In this document: positions 39,790 to 54,530 of the stretch, in pieces
How the letters are laid out: each line of letters opens with the position of its first letter
How positions within the stretch are numbered: the stretch's first letter is position 1
From: the human T2T-CHM13v2.0 reference genome, Homo sapiens
Assembly (NCBI RefSeq): GCF_009914755.1
Contig: NC_060928.1
Strand: one strand, 5' to 3'
DNA length: 64,000 bases
Notes under the pieces: model-generated
Database searches by the model: none
Told to the model about the DNA's origin: nothing
What the model saw: the letters and a program-made list of their open reading frames with translations, nothing else
Translations under genes and position numbers: made by a program

Positions 39790-40310
39790 ATTAGACTTGA
39801 ATATTAAAATGATCAACATACCATTTATAATAATAATAAAATATCACCAGAAAAATGTTTTAACAATGATTTTTTAGAAAATGATAACCCAATTCCAATA
39901 TAAATTTAAAAAAAAGCAATTAGATTTATGAAGTAATACCAAAGTAGATACACAGGAATTCAAGTAATAGTCAAATAATAAGTGCAACATGATGAGTAAA
40001 GTACAATGAAATGTAAAATGGGTTCTGAAAAATCTTTATAATTTTTTAAAATTATGAATAAATAAGAAAGACTGAAGAAAATAGACATGACACAAAACAT
40101 AATGAGAACATAGAGAATAGAAAAATGTGAATACAATGATACAAATATAAAGAAAGAAAAAACAGTATATTAAAGTGAAAAATTATAGATATGAATTATA
40201 GGAAAAGGCAAACCTAAAATATGCATAATTGGGGTTGGCAGGGAAAACCTGAAAAAAACAATTCAAAATATAATTGAAGAAAACTTTTCTGAAATTAAGC
40301 AAACATGGTT
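39790..40310 (+). mobile_element. Ancient L1/HAL1 ORF1-region fragment
   Basis: A-rich skew; atatgcataattgggg...attcaaaatataattgaagaaaacttttctgaaatt. Confidence 0.55.
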
Positions 40311-40540
40311 CTTTACCTGTAATTCAAAACCCAGAATGTATAGGATAAGCTATCATCACATCGCCCCAGGAGAAAAGAAATGAGGTAAAGGGAAGATCTG
40401 TTATTGCTGGGGATGAGTATAATAATTATAATAATGTATTTATCTCTGCCCCACAAATGTCATGTTTATTTTCAGAATAATATGAATAATGGTATACATT
40501 AAAATCTTATCAACTTTTTGCAATCACCTTACATTCATCC

Positions 40541-40840
40541 TGTTAGTAAAAGAGGGATTACCACCCTAGTTCATGAGGATGTCCAAATGCATGACATAAG
40601 ACACTGGACAGATGAGGTCAACAGAAGTTTAAAATCAGATGTATTCACAACCTGGGAGAGAAGGAATATCACATGCCAGGCAGGGCCATTTAAATGTTCA
40701 CTCAGGATCAGAGTGAGCTATCAGAGACTTTTGGAGGCAGGCTTTATAGTACCAATAGGATAGAATATCCCCTCTGCTTATATAGGATTTAAAAAATTCC
40801 ATGGGCTGGCAGGGAACTTAAATGTGCTACTCACTGATAA
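40541..40840 (-). mobile_element. ERVL-class LTR fragment (MER70-like)
   Basis: gcatgacataagacactggacagatgaggtcaacag...gcagggcca...ggaggcaggctttatagta...gggctggcagggaact. Confidence 0.6.
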
Positions 40841-40864
40841 ACATATCGTCGAATATTATTTAGA

Positions 40865-41738
40865 AATGAGCTTTAAGGCTTGAAAGACATGGAGAAAATG
40901 TAAAGCATATTGCTAAGTTAATGAAGCCAGTTTGAAAATGCTACATACTCTATAATTCCAACTAAAAGACGTTCTAGAAATGAACTAATATCAAAGAAGA
41001 ACTAAATAAATGGAACGATATGCCATGTCCATAAATAAGTAGACTCATATATGTTAAGACATCAGTGCTTCCCAAGATCTTGATCTGTAGTTTCAATACA
41101 ATCCTGATTAAACTCCCAGCAAATTATTTTGTGGATGTAGACAGACTGATCCTAAAATTTATGTGAAGAGGTAAAATATCCAGGATAGCCAACTCAATAT
41201 TGAAGGAAAAGAACAAAGTGAGTAGACTGACACTATATGATTTTGAGACTTATAAGTCTTCTGTAATCAAGGCAGTGTGGTATTAGCAAAATAATAGACT
41301 AATAAACCAGTGGAACAGAGTAGAGAGCTTAGAAATATACCCACTTATAGTCAAGTGATCTTTGATAAAAGAGCAAAGGAAATATGATGGAACAAAGATA
41401 ATATTTCAACAAATGATGCGGGGCAACTGGACATTCACATGCAAAAAAATGAGTATAAATACAGACCTTACACTCTTCAAAAATATTTACTTAAAATGGC
41501 TCATAGAACTAAATGTAACATACAAAAATCTACAACTCCTAGAAGACACCATAGAAAAAAAACCCTTATTATCTTGGGTATGACAATGACTTTTACAGAG
41601 AACTTCAAGGGCACTATTCACTAAAAAGAAATAAGATGGATTTCATTAAAATTAAAAACTTCTCCTCTTCAAAAGGCACTGTCAAGAGAATGAGAAGACA
41701 AACGCCATAGACTTGGGGAAAATATTTGCAAAAGACAA
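40865..41738 (+). mobile_element. L1MC1/2-like fragments (3'UTR piece followed by an ORF2 piece)
   Basis: gaaagacatggag...gcatattgctaag...ctacatactctataattccaact, then atcaaagaagaactaaataaatgg...aaatatttgcaaaagaca. Confidence 0.8.
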
Positions 41739-42504
41739 CTGCAAAATGTTTTAAAAATACTCTTTTATATAGCTTTTACATATTATTGCTTTATTTGTCC
41801 TGTATCTGTTGACTTGAAACATTTAAACAAAATTAGTCATTTTTTTAAAAAAATTGCAATTCACAAAAATATATATTAAGAAATGGAAAGAGATACCATG
41901 TGCTTGGAGAGATTCAGCATGATAAACATATTTATACTCCCTAGATATTATATGCATTTAAATATCCTTTTGAATCTCTTATATTTATTGATTTAAAATA
42001 TTAATTTTAGATTAAATAGATGCCCAGTGTAATAATTTTAAAAAAATTTGAGAAGTGAAAAATAAAAAGAGAAAGTATTTATTCCTTGCTCCTACCCAAC
42101 TGTGCCCTATATGGCTAATTTAATACTTTGGTGTATATAGTTATTGACATTTCCCTCTTTTTTGTTTTTAGTGTTTTCTGTGTTCCATGGAGACTAAAAT
42201 ACACTCATTTTTATTTTACATGGAAATTACATCATTATATGAACTTGTTTGTCAAAGCAGTTCTAAGTTATTTTCTGTATCTTTATCCTCAGCAATATAG
42301 GAGGGTTTATGACATAAATTCATTTTAAAGCCAGGAATTGCTTGTAGGCCGGTTAAATACAGGAAAGTGCTTCTCCTCTTTATTAAGTGATCCAGTGATT
42401 AAGTTATAAAAAATAACTTTTAATCCAAAGATACCACTGGATTTGTTTACTTTATTTTTAAAACCTGATTGATTATACAGAATAGTAGTACAAGTTTTCT
42501 GGAG

Positions 42505-42725
42505 AACGTGGTTAAGAACACAGGCTCTGGAATCAATTCCCATTTATTCCAAACCTGATTCTGTCATTTAGTAAATGTATGACCCTGTACATGGTAAATG
42601 ACCTTCCAATGCTTCAGTTCCTCCAACTAGAAGATAGGAATAACTAGAGTTTCTACATCTAGGGTTGTTGAAAATAGTGACAGTATTTGGTTAGTATTTA
42701 AAACACTGAAATACTGCTAGCTAGT
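42505..42725 (+). mobile_element. MIR
   Basis: gtggttaagaacacaggctctggaatca...gcttcagttcctccaact...agggttgttg. Confidence 0.82.
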
Positions 42726-45434
42726 TTTAGAGAAACGCCCCTTTTTAAAAAAGTTTACATTTTTTCAGGTGTATAGCATACTGATGCATATATCTGCATT
42801 TATGCAAACACACATATATATGTAGTCAGTGTAGATAGTGAATACTTTGGTGGAAGTCAAATTGACAGAAATCAAACTATAGATAATAAAATACTAAATT
42901 AACCTAAGTGGAAATATAAATGGAATGTAGAAAAATTCAGATTTTCCAGAAATAAATTACCATATTTCAAATAGTGCCGATTTATATACCTTGAGATTTG
43001 AAAATTATATTTTTTGTTAATTTTTAAAGAAATATATTTAAGAGGACTAAGGCCAGACATTAGTCTGAAAAATGTTGGCAGTGAATAGAGGGTGGATAGC
43101 CTACACAATGGGTATGTTTGCCAACACTCTGATATGCTCTATACATAACTTCAATTAATATTTTTTTCTTTTATATGAGCTGGTCCTTTTAAAAACCTAT
43201 AATTATGTTTTAGATAAGTTGTAGAATGGTTAAGTTTGCAGTTCCTTATTACAATTTTGTGCTTGAATAAACTTCCCTGTATGTATTCATCTAAACAATT
43301 GAATACTGAGAGAGTTTTTGGAAAACTCTTGGAGAGAGTTCTTGGAAAGATGATTTATGTCACTACTAATTCGTGCAACAATACAAAAGCAACTTTGAAA
43401 CTATATACAAGATGCCATAAAAGATATTTCTAGAAACATGAAAATGGACTTGTGTTCATTTTGAATCTTTAGAATGAATATTTCATGTCAACAATCAGAT
43501 TGTTTGTTCTATGAGGCAGCTCTTGCTACTAGAAATTTTTAATTAGAGCCCAAATACCTAATTTTTGAAGATTCCTCAAGCTTTTATCTTTAAAAAAATT
43601 AAATCAAGATTTTTCAACAAATAAGAGAGTAGATTTCTTTCTAAACTGTATATGTACTCACTGGGAAATGTTTATTAAATTATGGCTTTATGCATAAATT
43701 CTCCAATAATAGGTATTATTTACATTTAAAAGTATGTTTAAAATAGAAACATAATTCCACTGTAAGAAAAATTCCAACTTCTCAGCCAACATTGGAAAAA
43801 TAGGACATTACATTTTCTAATTTTTGAGAAAGCCCCATTTTTCAACTTAAACCTTGTTGTGATTATGCTTGCTATTGCTCAACCTAACCATATGCCCTGT
43901 TTTAATTTAATGTAAGTATCTTCCAAATGATTATAGCAAATATTAATAATGGTGGACACATTTAAATAGCAGGTGAAAGAATCAGAGAAGTTGAAGTTTA
44001 TTCAATGTAAATTATAAACCCTAGACAACCAAGATAAAATGACATTTGAAGACAAAAGAGCAAAGCATCAGACCTGTGGGAAGACATAAAGTGCACTAAC
44101 ATAGTCCGAGAAGAGAAGAGAGGAAGAAAGGAAAGAAATAATATCTTAGAAAACATAATGACTGAAATAAATTTGATTGAAAAAATCTACAAATTTAAAA
44201 AGCTTACTAAATCTCAAATAAGATGAACATGAAAAAGATCCACTTCTAAACAAATAATTGTCAAATTACCAAAATACAAACCCAAAGACATCTCTTAATA
44301 GCAACACAACAAAATGACATCATATTCAAGGGAACAACTATACAATCTACAGCTGACTCTATACAATTTATAGTGGATGTCTCATCTTAAACAAATGAAG
44401 CCAGAAGCCAATCAAATTGTACATTGTATATGGTGAAAGAAAATAACTATTATCAAAGAGTTCCATCTTAGCCAAAAAACGTTTTAGAAACACAAGCAAA
44501 GTAAATACATATAGAGAATTTAAAAATACAATAACCTCGAGAGAATTTGTTTCTAGAAGGAATTTTTTAGCCAAAAAATTCCTTCAGGCTAAAAGAAAGT
44601 GTCACTAGACTGTAACTCAAATCCGTAGAAAAAAATAAACAGCAAAGGCAACGGTAAGATATTGGAAAACATTTGAAAACCCCCTAAATACTTTCTCTTT
44701 CAGAAGCTTGCTATATTTTATCAAAAAAATATTAACCTGAAGTAGTTTATGATAGTCACTTGTAATTTCTTGATAAACTAAGAAAATAACTCAGAAGTAC
44801 ACATAAAATACATCAACAGAAGACTTTAAATGACACACCAGAAATATTTATTTACCAAAAGATAAGACAGTAAAGGTTCAACAGAGGGAACAAAATAAAT
44901 ATAATCCATATAGAAAACAAAAAAATACCAGACATAAATAGAGTACAAAGATGGTTTTATTGAATAAGAATAGACTAAAATTCCCATAAAACCTCAGATA
45001 TTGTCAGATAAGATAAAATATGAGATCCAAATATATTTCTAAATATGTTATTTTTTAAAACGGAAAAATGTATTATGAAAAATATGGTAAATAAGCAGGA
45101 ACGTTTATATTAAATAATCATACAAAATAGATATCAAGACAATAAATATTACCATAGAATAAAGGAGTATTTTATAATAATAAAAGGGTTAATACCCGTA
45201 GAAGGTATGACAACTATAACCATATATTCACCTAAAAATAAAATTTCACATTACATAAATTGAAAACTGACATATTTGAAAAAATAGATAACTTAGTGAT
45301 TATGATTTGTGATGACAATAACTCACTCTTGAGACTTGACAGAATAACTAGACAAAAATATCCATAAACATATTCAAGACTGAAGTAAAACTATCAACTC
45401 ACTTGAATCAACTGATACAAAAATATATAATTGG

Positions 45435-45546
45435 TATATATATATATGAATATGTATTTACATATATTTATATATATTTACATATATTTATATGTATAAA
45501 TACATATGTGTGTGTGTATATATATATAGAGAGAGAGAGAGAGAGA
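45435..45546. repeat. Compound (TA)n/(TG)n/(GA)n microsatellite
   Basis: Read directly. Confidence 0.9.
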
Positions 45547-45581
45547 ACACTTAGTCTAACAACAGAAATAAATATTGTTTA

Positions 45582-46025
<444 letters not shown>

Positions 46026-46952
46026 TTAACTTAAAATTATCAGCACAAAGATATTAAGAGAAATTTCCAGATATTTAGAAATTAAACTGTACAATACGTA
46101 ATAGTCAAAAACAATTTACAAGGGAAGTTAGAAAATGTTTTAAACTAGATGAAAACTAGCACACAACTATCAAAATTTATGTGATGCAACTAAAACAATG
46201 TTTAAAGTGAAATTATTAGTTTCAAATGCCTATATTATAAAAAATACATGAAATAACAAGCGAGGTTTCATCCTAAAAACTAGAAAAGAAGAACAAATTA
46301 AGCAAAAATGAAGCTGAAAAAATAAATAATAAATGTCGGAGGGAAAATAAATATAAGTAAAAGAGAGAAGCAACTGGAAAACTCAATGAAACCAAAATTC
46401 ATTCATAGAAAGAATCAAATAATTGATCAACTTTTAGCTAGGTTGACAAAAAGAGAAGCAAGAGAAGAAAAGAAGCAAATAAGAGAGGAAAGGCAAATAG
46501 AGTAATTAAGAATTAAAGAGATGCTATAATAAAGGAATATTGTAAATAAATGTATCCTATGTAATTAGACAACTTACACTGAGTCAGCATACTAATAATA
46601 AAACACTTCTTGCCAAAATTCTTTCTAGAAAATATGAAAAATCTGAATATACTTACAATAAGTAAATAAATTGGTTTAGTAATTAAAAACTTCCCCAGGC
46701 CCGGATGCCTTTACTGGCTGAATTCTATCAAGTATTTAAAGAGCAAAAATAGCGATTATACAGAATACTTTTACAGAAAATATAAGGAGAAAATATTTAC
46801 CAGTTCATCTTTGAGGCTATTATTAATATTTTACTAAAGACAGACAGAGTCACAACACAAGAAAACTAGACAAATATATTTTATAAGGATAAAATTGAAA
46901 GTCCTTAACTAAATTCAGAAAAAAAAATCCAGAAACAAAAAAAATTACACAC

Positions 46953-48135
46953 TGTCTTTCTGAACTTTCTATTCTATTTCATTGGCTCATGTGTGTCCTC
47001 ATATATCACTCCCACAGTGTCTTAATTACCGCACAGTTATAGTAAATTTTGAAATTGACTATCATTAAGTCCTCCAACTTCTTTTTCTTATTTTTAAACT
47101 TTCTAGGTGTATTAGTCCATTTTCATGCTGCTGATAAAGACATACCTGAGACTGGGGAAAAAAGGAGGTTTAATTTGACTTGCAGTTCCACATGGCTGGG
47201 GAGGTCTCATAATTATGGCGGAGGATGAAAGGCACTTCTTAAATGGTGACAGCAAGAGAGAATGAGGAAGAAGCAAAAGTGGAAATCACTGATAAACTCA
47301 TCAGATCTCATGAGACTTACTCTATCACGAGAATATCTTGGGAAAGACTGGCCCCCATGAATCAATTACCTCCCACTGAGTCCCTCCCACTACATGTGGG
47401 AATTCTGGGAGATACAATTCAAGTTGAGATTTGGGTGGGAACACAGCCAAACCATATCACTATGGGTATTTTAATTCCTTTACATGTCTGAGTAAATTTC
47501 AGCATCAGTTTGTAAATTACTATGATTCTTTACATTCTTTGGTTATTTATAGGTACTGTTTTGAATGTATTTTTCTATTTGGGTTAAATTGCCATTTTAA
47601 TAAAATTGAGTCATTAAAGTCAGGAAATTGCCATGACTATCCATTTATTTAGATGACCTTCAGTTTATTTGTGTAATGCCTTCTGATTTTCATTGTGCAG
47701 GTCTTACACTTCTTTGTTAATTTCATTTTAAACTTTTTTCTTTTTGATGCAACTTTAAAAGTGTTTCATTATTAATTTTTGTATAGCTCATTGCTAGTAT
47801 ATAGACTAAAAATTCATCTGTATGTATTGATTTTATATTTTGCCTATTTGCTGAACTCAAATTATTACTTTCAGTATTTTTTGTAGATTTCTTAGGATTT
47901 GCTACATATAGGACTATGGTGTCTGCAAATAAAAGAATATTACTTCATCTTTTTAATCTGATTACTTTTATTTATATTTACTTACCTTACTGCACTGGAT
48001 ATAACTTTCAGTTCTACTTTGAGTAAAAGTGCTTAGAGCTATTATTCTTGTCTTATTCCCAATCTTAGAGGATAGCTTTTAGTCTTTTACCATAAAGTAT
48101 AATTTTAATTGTAAGTTTTTATAGATGTCTTTTGG
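46953..48135 (-). mobile_element. Old L1 ORF2 segment in opposite orientation, split by THE1A
   Basis: tctattctatttcattgg...agtcctccaactt...cattgctagtatataga...tcttgtcttattcccaatcttagaggatagc. Confidence 0.82.
47108..47459 (-). mobile_element. THE1A solo LTR
   Basis: tgtattagtccattttcatgctgctgataaagac...gaggaagaagcaaaagtggaaa...aaaccatatca; TSD ctagg/ctatg. Confidence 0.92.
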
Positions 48136-49619
48136 GAAAAGTCCTAGCACAAGATAATCTCTTTGGCAAAGCAGATCCCAAAATAAAGATGTCCATGTCC
48201 AACAATCTCAAGGAAAATGTAGTTATCAGTAACTTTGTAATTTTTGCTTTCATGAAGAGATAGTATCTACCCAAAATATCAGAGAGAGAAAAACAGTACT
48301 TGTTCTTTATTGCTATCTCCTAAAACCATTTCTCACAATGTTCCAGATTTAAGTGGATATAGAAATTGAACTGTTTTTGCTTAGATTGTTTTCTCTCCCA
48401 ATGGACATTGGGCTAAATAGATTGCAGATTTAGGAAGAGGTTTTTTCCCCCCTTTTTTCTTAGAAAACAGAATTCCTTTTGTGCAATAAACTGGTGATCA
48501 CTGCTCATCTCCCATACGACAAATAAATGCATTTTTCTTGTATAGAAGCTATCTTATTTCATATAGGTCAGTGATGAGGTCATATAAACAGTGATGAAAT
48601 CATCAAACTGAGGAATAAAATCCTCTTGAACTTGTAATTATTTGTATTTTATGAGCAGAACAAGAGAATCAAACAAACAAAAAAACCCCAGAAAGTTGTG
48701 GATTTAAATGCCAACATTTAGGTCAACTCAATTAATTTGTGCTTTCAGCTAAGATATTGTATTGCTAATAGAATTTTAAAAACTTAAATTTTATAACAAA
48801 ATTTCCATGCAAACTTTTTACTACTCATAACAAATTTCTCATAATAATTTTATAAGTTATGAATCATTTTTATGAACATAACATATTTTAAGTTAAAAAT
48901 TATGCAGAAAAAGTTTTAGTGTATGGTCCTATTTGGTCAATATACTTGGTAAACATAAAATCTCATTGAAGTCAATGATAATTTTATTCTCAGAATTGAG
49001 TAGGACACAAGATGAATGAAAGGCTTCTCTTAGGACTGTATGCATACAACACATGAATGCATTTAGCATTCATTAAATTAGCCCAAGGAATAGTGTTGCT
49101 GTCATTTGTTTTGATCAAGTAAATATTTTCATATACTTTATATTTTTGTCCACAGCATATTAACCATATTTTCTTAAGAAATTTAATAACATACGGCATT
49201 CAGAGCTAATTTAGAGCAAATGTCATGAGGAGAAAACAGCAAGATCCTATCAAGTGCCTAGTTAGCTGTTACTCTGTTGACTTATGTTACATTTAGAAGT
49301 GAAACAGTTTGTTGAACATTTTACATAACCATTAGAAAAACTATTCGTGTGTATTATTTAAGAGATGACTTTTTGGTTGTTTACTTTAGGAAAGCCTCAA
49401 AATAGGACTTGATTTGTATGCTTTAATCTATCTGCCTTATTTTAGGTTGCAAAGAGAGATTTATCTTGCCGTCTAGTTAGAAGCACTGGTGATTATACAT
49501 TGGATGCATCTCCTCTTGCCATCTTGCCATCTCAAAGACGTTTTCCTGATGTTTTCCCTGTTTTAATTTGCTCACCAAATATTAAAATTAAAAAACTCTT
49601 TACATGCATGATACTACCA

Positions 49620-50510
49620 TCCTATTCACATCATCCATTTTATAAGAACATGTCTTAAGGAAGTTTTCAATATCTGATTTCCCTTATATATTATTCCCTT
49701 TTTTACTCTTTCAATAAGAATATAGCTCACAATATACTGTCAAAAACATTCTTATACACTTTTCCAACAATTTCTTTCCAAATTCAATGGTCAATTAAAA
49801 CACGTCATTGAGTCATGACTTGACTTCTATCAGATTTTGATATTCTTGAACATACTGTACATAGTACCATTTATTCATTTGATTTCTAGAATAAACTATG
49901 ATCATTATTTTTCTCTGATCTCCCTGACCACTTAAGCTCCTCTTGGGAGATTCTTTTTCTTTGCAGATCTCTTGATGTTGGTGTAACCCAGAGATTAAAC
50001 CTTGACTCTCTTTTGGTTTGTGCTCTCTCACTAGTTGATAACATTTGATCCTGGGCTACAAATACCATTTATAATGTACAGATAACATCCAAATTCATAT
50101 CTCAGCTCTCATCTTGCCCTCATCCCAAACTTAATATATTGAATCACTTTACTTGAATTCTTCATCTAGAGAATACCTCAAAAGATCTTAATTCCTTCTC
50201 CCACCTTAAATATGGTCTTCTCTCAGTCCTGTCCACTTATGTCTCCTTTGCACATATTTGATAAAGACACAGTCCTAGAATCACTCAATTTTCTTCTTTT
50301 CCTCTTATCCCTAACATGTAATTCCACAAGTTCGTTTTCCATCTACCTTGAAAATATGTTTCTAAACCACATATTTATTTACTTCTCAACACCTCCTCTC
50401 TTACCTTTTAGTTCTAAGATTTTCACATTACTACCTAGAGAAATGTAAGGCCTTCACTAATTGTCTCTATTTCCCCTCTTATTCTTCTACAGTTTGTTCT
50501 TAACTGAGTA
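49620..50510 (+). mobile_element. L2 fragment
   Basis: Pyrimidine-rich skew; aaataccatttata...tccaaattcatatctcagc...catctaccttgaaaatatg. Confidence 0.7.
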
Positions 50511-51249
50511 ATTGAAGATACAGAAAAAAAAATTTCTTCAGCTCTTCTTGATCTAGTACCATATGTTCTTGGTTACTGAGTAAGAATCCGTTCTGTGCTC
50601 CAGTTTTCAGATATCTGCAGTACATAGATTGGCCAGGAATTGAATTCTGGTTATATTTACCTCTTTTGAAATAGTAATTTTAAAAGCCCAAATTTATCTT
50701 GTTTTATAAAAAAAGATCGTTCTGATTTACTTATACCATCTAATTTCCATACTCTTAAACATTTCTTCAAAGATATTCCTTGTCAATCTTACATTTGTTT
50801 TACTGGTACTTTACTTTCACCTCTACATTATAGCAAATTAAAAAAAGTAAGAAATAACTAATTTTATAAATATTAATCTTCACATATAATTTTTAATATA
50901 GAACCATATGGCTGCAGTTTTTCAGCTATTTTAAAAAAGATTTTGCACAGGATATTAGAGTGATTTAAACTGATCTGCTTTGTAATCATACTCACTACTT
51001 GCAATTAATTTTTTGAAGAAACTAATAGGGCAAAGAAACAATCCATAGATGTCAAGACTTATGGAGATGGGAGACATAGGATAGAATCACTATACATAAT
51101 TAAAACTTTCTTAAAAAGCACAAATAAGGTCAAGTAACTTGTTCTAGGTCACGTATTCGGTAGTAGATAGATCCTTATTTGCTTGAATCTACCAATTGTA
51201 TTCTGAGATTGTAACATTAATTGAATAACTATGTTGGTTCACTGTCATA

Positions 51250-51340
51250 TATCCACTTTTATAGATAAGTAAATTGAGGCTCACAGAGGTCAGCAGCCCA
51301 GGATCACAAGAAAACAAGTAGCAGAGTGAAAAATAATCAT
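51250..51340 (-). mobile_element. MIR core fragment
   Basis: ccacttttatagataagtaaattgaggctcacagaggt...cccaggatcaca. Confidence 0.7.
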
Positions 51341-52154
51341 TTTAGAGGTCTGTAAATATTAACACAGTGTCTTCTATATGATATAGAGTCCAACAAAACA
51401 GATGTGGTCTTCTTGTTCCTTTTAAAGTTTAGTGAAAATTAATATTATATTTAATTATATTATTTCAATGAAACTCAATCTCATAAATTATTTTAAGTGG
51501 ATCAAAGGAGATGAATAAATGCAGGAAATAATTCTCCTTAATCAAGTGTTTTCACTGCCTTTCATTTCTACAGATGGCTCTCCAAGGTGGTTGTTAGGAT
51601 TGAATTACTGTCATACAGTACAGGCTGAAATATGAATGACAAACTTAATCAGGGAAGGACTGCTTCGATTAGTGATTTTTTCATATTTATCATCAAATGC
51701 TTAAACAGTCTTGGGTGTGTTCCTGGTGACAGACTTAATATCTTAGCATCTAAGAATGTCAGAGTTGAAAGTCAATTGCATAATTCACAACTCTTTCACT
51801 TGTAAGTGATAAAAACCCAAGTCAACATGGCCTAAGAAAGAATGACTTAAAAAAAAACCACACAAATTATTTGAGGAGAACGGGGGTAACTCTGAGAATT
51901 CAGAATGGCACTTCAGGAAATGACCCAGCTCTAGGCCTCTCAGGGACTGGACACTCAGGAAACTCTGTATCTCTTCTCCATTTTCATTCTTGATGTCACA
52001 GTGGTTTTTTGTTTGTTTTTTCTCATGTTTTATCTTGTGTGCTTCAGCATGGTTTCAGGTAGTTCTTGAGTTATTATCTTAAAAGCCTTATACCAAAGAG
52101 GAAGAAGAATACATTTCCCAGGAACTCAAGAAGGATAATTCCAAAGATGATTTC

Positions 52155-52270
52155 CAGTTACTAAGGCTGAAGACACAAGCCCAGGAATTCAAGACTGCAG
52201 TGAGCTATGATTACACAACTGCACTCCAGGCTGGATGAGAGAGTGTGGCTCTGTCTCAAAAAAAAAAAAA
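52155..52270 (+). mobile_element. AluJ/FRAM 3' fragment, within decayed MLT1-like sequence
   Basis: gcccaggaattcaagactgcagtgagctatgattacacaactgcactccagg plus A tail. Confidence 0.85.
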
Positions 52271-54530
52271 GAGACTCAAGGCACAGGTGCTTCTCTGACC
52301 ATGGTCTCCCAGCATCAGCCACATAATCAACCCTCAATGGTCAGGAAAATAAGGTCTATTAATAGAAACTGGAGGGTAGAGATGCTGGCAGAAAAGGTCC
52401 ATAGCCACAAGTTACTTCTTGGTTGCCCAACATACATGATTACACACACACATAAGCATACATATTTCCTTTAATTTTCAGAATGCCCCCAACTTTAATG
52501 CAACTATCCACATACAATTGTAAATAATTCCAAAAAAGACTGTCCACAATAATATTTAAAACTGTGTTGAACATCATATCAATATCTCATCAATGTGAGT
52601 TCCTTTTATTAATTGTAGAAGTGGCCTCTCTTCATTCTGCAACTTATTGCAAAAATATACATATACATATAAACCCCAGAAACTGTAAGCACAGATAAAA
52701 GATGAAGGAATTTTATTTTACAGCCTATAGGTCAAAGCAAATGCGTAGCTTTCTAAACAAGATTTTTATAGGTTTCTTCTGTTTGCTTAATGAGTGAGTC
52801 TCTTAATATTTCCTTTGTATACTCAGTGGACATATCAGCATGGGGTACTGGGGAGCATTCCCCAAATGGGTATTACATGACTTTAGTGGGCCAAATTACT
52901 TTGGTCATGTTTATGATAACCTGAAATTTGCTCTAGTAAAGAACAATCACAAAACTCCCTTTTATTGTTTCAGAGTTTCAGGGGCAACGCAATACCATGA
53001 AAACAGTTGTTTATTGATTTATTTGTATCTTAGCCCTGCCTTGGGGATTTCTATTTTAGAAGGCAGTTGAGGTTTCTGCAACCTCAGTTACAGGGTACTG
53101 CATGGACTTTGCCATGATGTTTAATTTAAAAAGCTCCTTGCTATTCGCCAGGTTACATTTTCATAAATAATGCTTTTCAGGAAAGACTATTAACAATGTT
53201 GTTTTGGGACAATGAGGGAGACATGATTGTCTAGAATATTAATTTGAAGGGCCAGGAAAATTCACCCTTGCCCCATTTCTCCATCTCCTCCTGAGTGCTC
53301 ATCTTATCTCCTACTGAGTTTTCCACATTCCTGTCATTTTTCACACAACTTCAGTATGAGGCGCATGATTTAGCTTCATGATCTTAAAGATGCACAATTC
53401 CCTCAACCTTGCATTCATAAATAACTGGTTACAGCAGAAAGGGCATTTTTAACAAAACCAATTACATGGATGGTTCTCTTTGCTATTTCTTTCTGTTTCC
53501 AGATAGGCCAGCTTGGAAAGCAGCTCTTTCGTTGAAACGTCTTACCACAGGTTGCAAGAAGCAGCCATGCATCCAGTATTCTGAGCTTTTATATCAGGTC
53601 CCTCACAACAAAGCTCTCCATCAGGGACATGTGTTTGGCGTATTTATTCCCTCAATCCTGAGTTGACATGGCAGAAACAAAGACTATGGGAACCTCTAGG
53701 CAAGCCTCTGGACTTCTTTAGGATCAAATGTTTATTTAGTGAGATAAGAAAATATAATTGTCTACACGTGTGATTTTTTTTTTTCCAAAAATAAGTACTT
53801 CCCTAAAGCTTAAAATTCCCTGCAGCAATCATTTAACTAGTTTCATTGCCATTACATCACAAGAGTGGTTGTTCTCACTGCCCAGAGTGAAGAAATCCTC
53901 ATTATCTACCTTTCTCTCCCAGTTCGGTCAGTTTCATACTTAAAGGTCACTTATGACATCATTCAAATTTAAACACCAGTTTTTATATTAACTCAAGTTG
54001 CAAGTGACACTGACTTTAGATAACAGGAATGGGATTATTGCAAATATGTGGGATAAGTCTTTTATTGGAAGGAAGAGCTGCAGAAATTAGAGACATTTGA
54101 GTACAAAATCTGAATTCTAAGACCTGGTACTAGGTCATCAGGTAATCAGAAGTCTGGCTCATTTGAAGAATACAAATGACATAATATTAAAAAGGTGAAT
54201 TAGTAAAAAATAAAGTTAAAAGGTAGCTGAAGTCCAGATTATAGTATAACCCTTTGAGGGTTATAATGAGTAAAATATAAAGATGCTTATGTGAGAAAGC
54301 TGTTGTTTCACCAAACTTACAGTTCCAACAAATTTACAGTCAGTTGTTTATGATCTGTCTCTAGGAGTGTGTCACACATTGTATGGCATCTTGTTAGGGA
54401 TGACAGGAACAGTGACAACAACAAAATTAAGGGCTTTTCATTTCAGCACTGCGACGCAATTGAAAAGAAAGCTGTTGTGATAAAGTTATAACCAGGTAAT
54501 GGCAAGGGAGAATAATAAATGCTGGGCTGT

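Noticed and set aside
54245-54265. Hairpin tataaccct-ttg-agggttata
   Set aside because: A 9-bp stem is not unexpected in 64 kb of AT-rich DNA, and there is no supporting context
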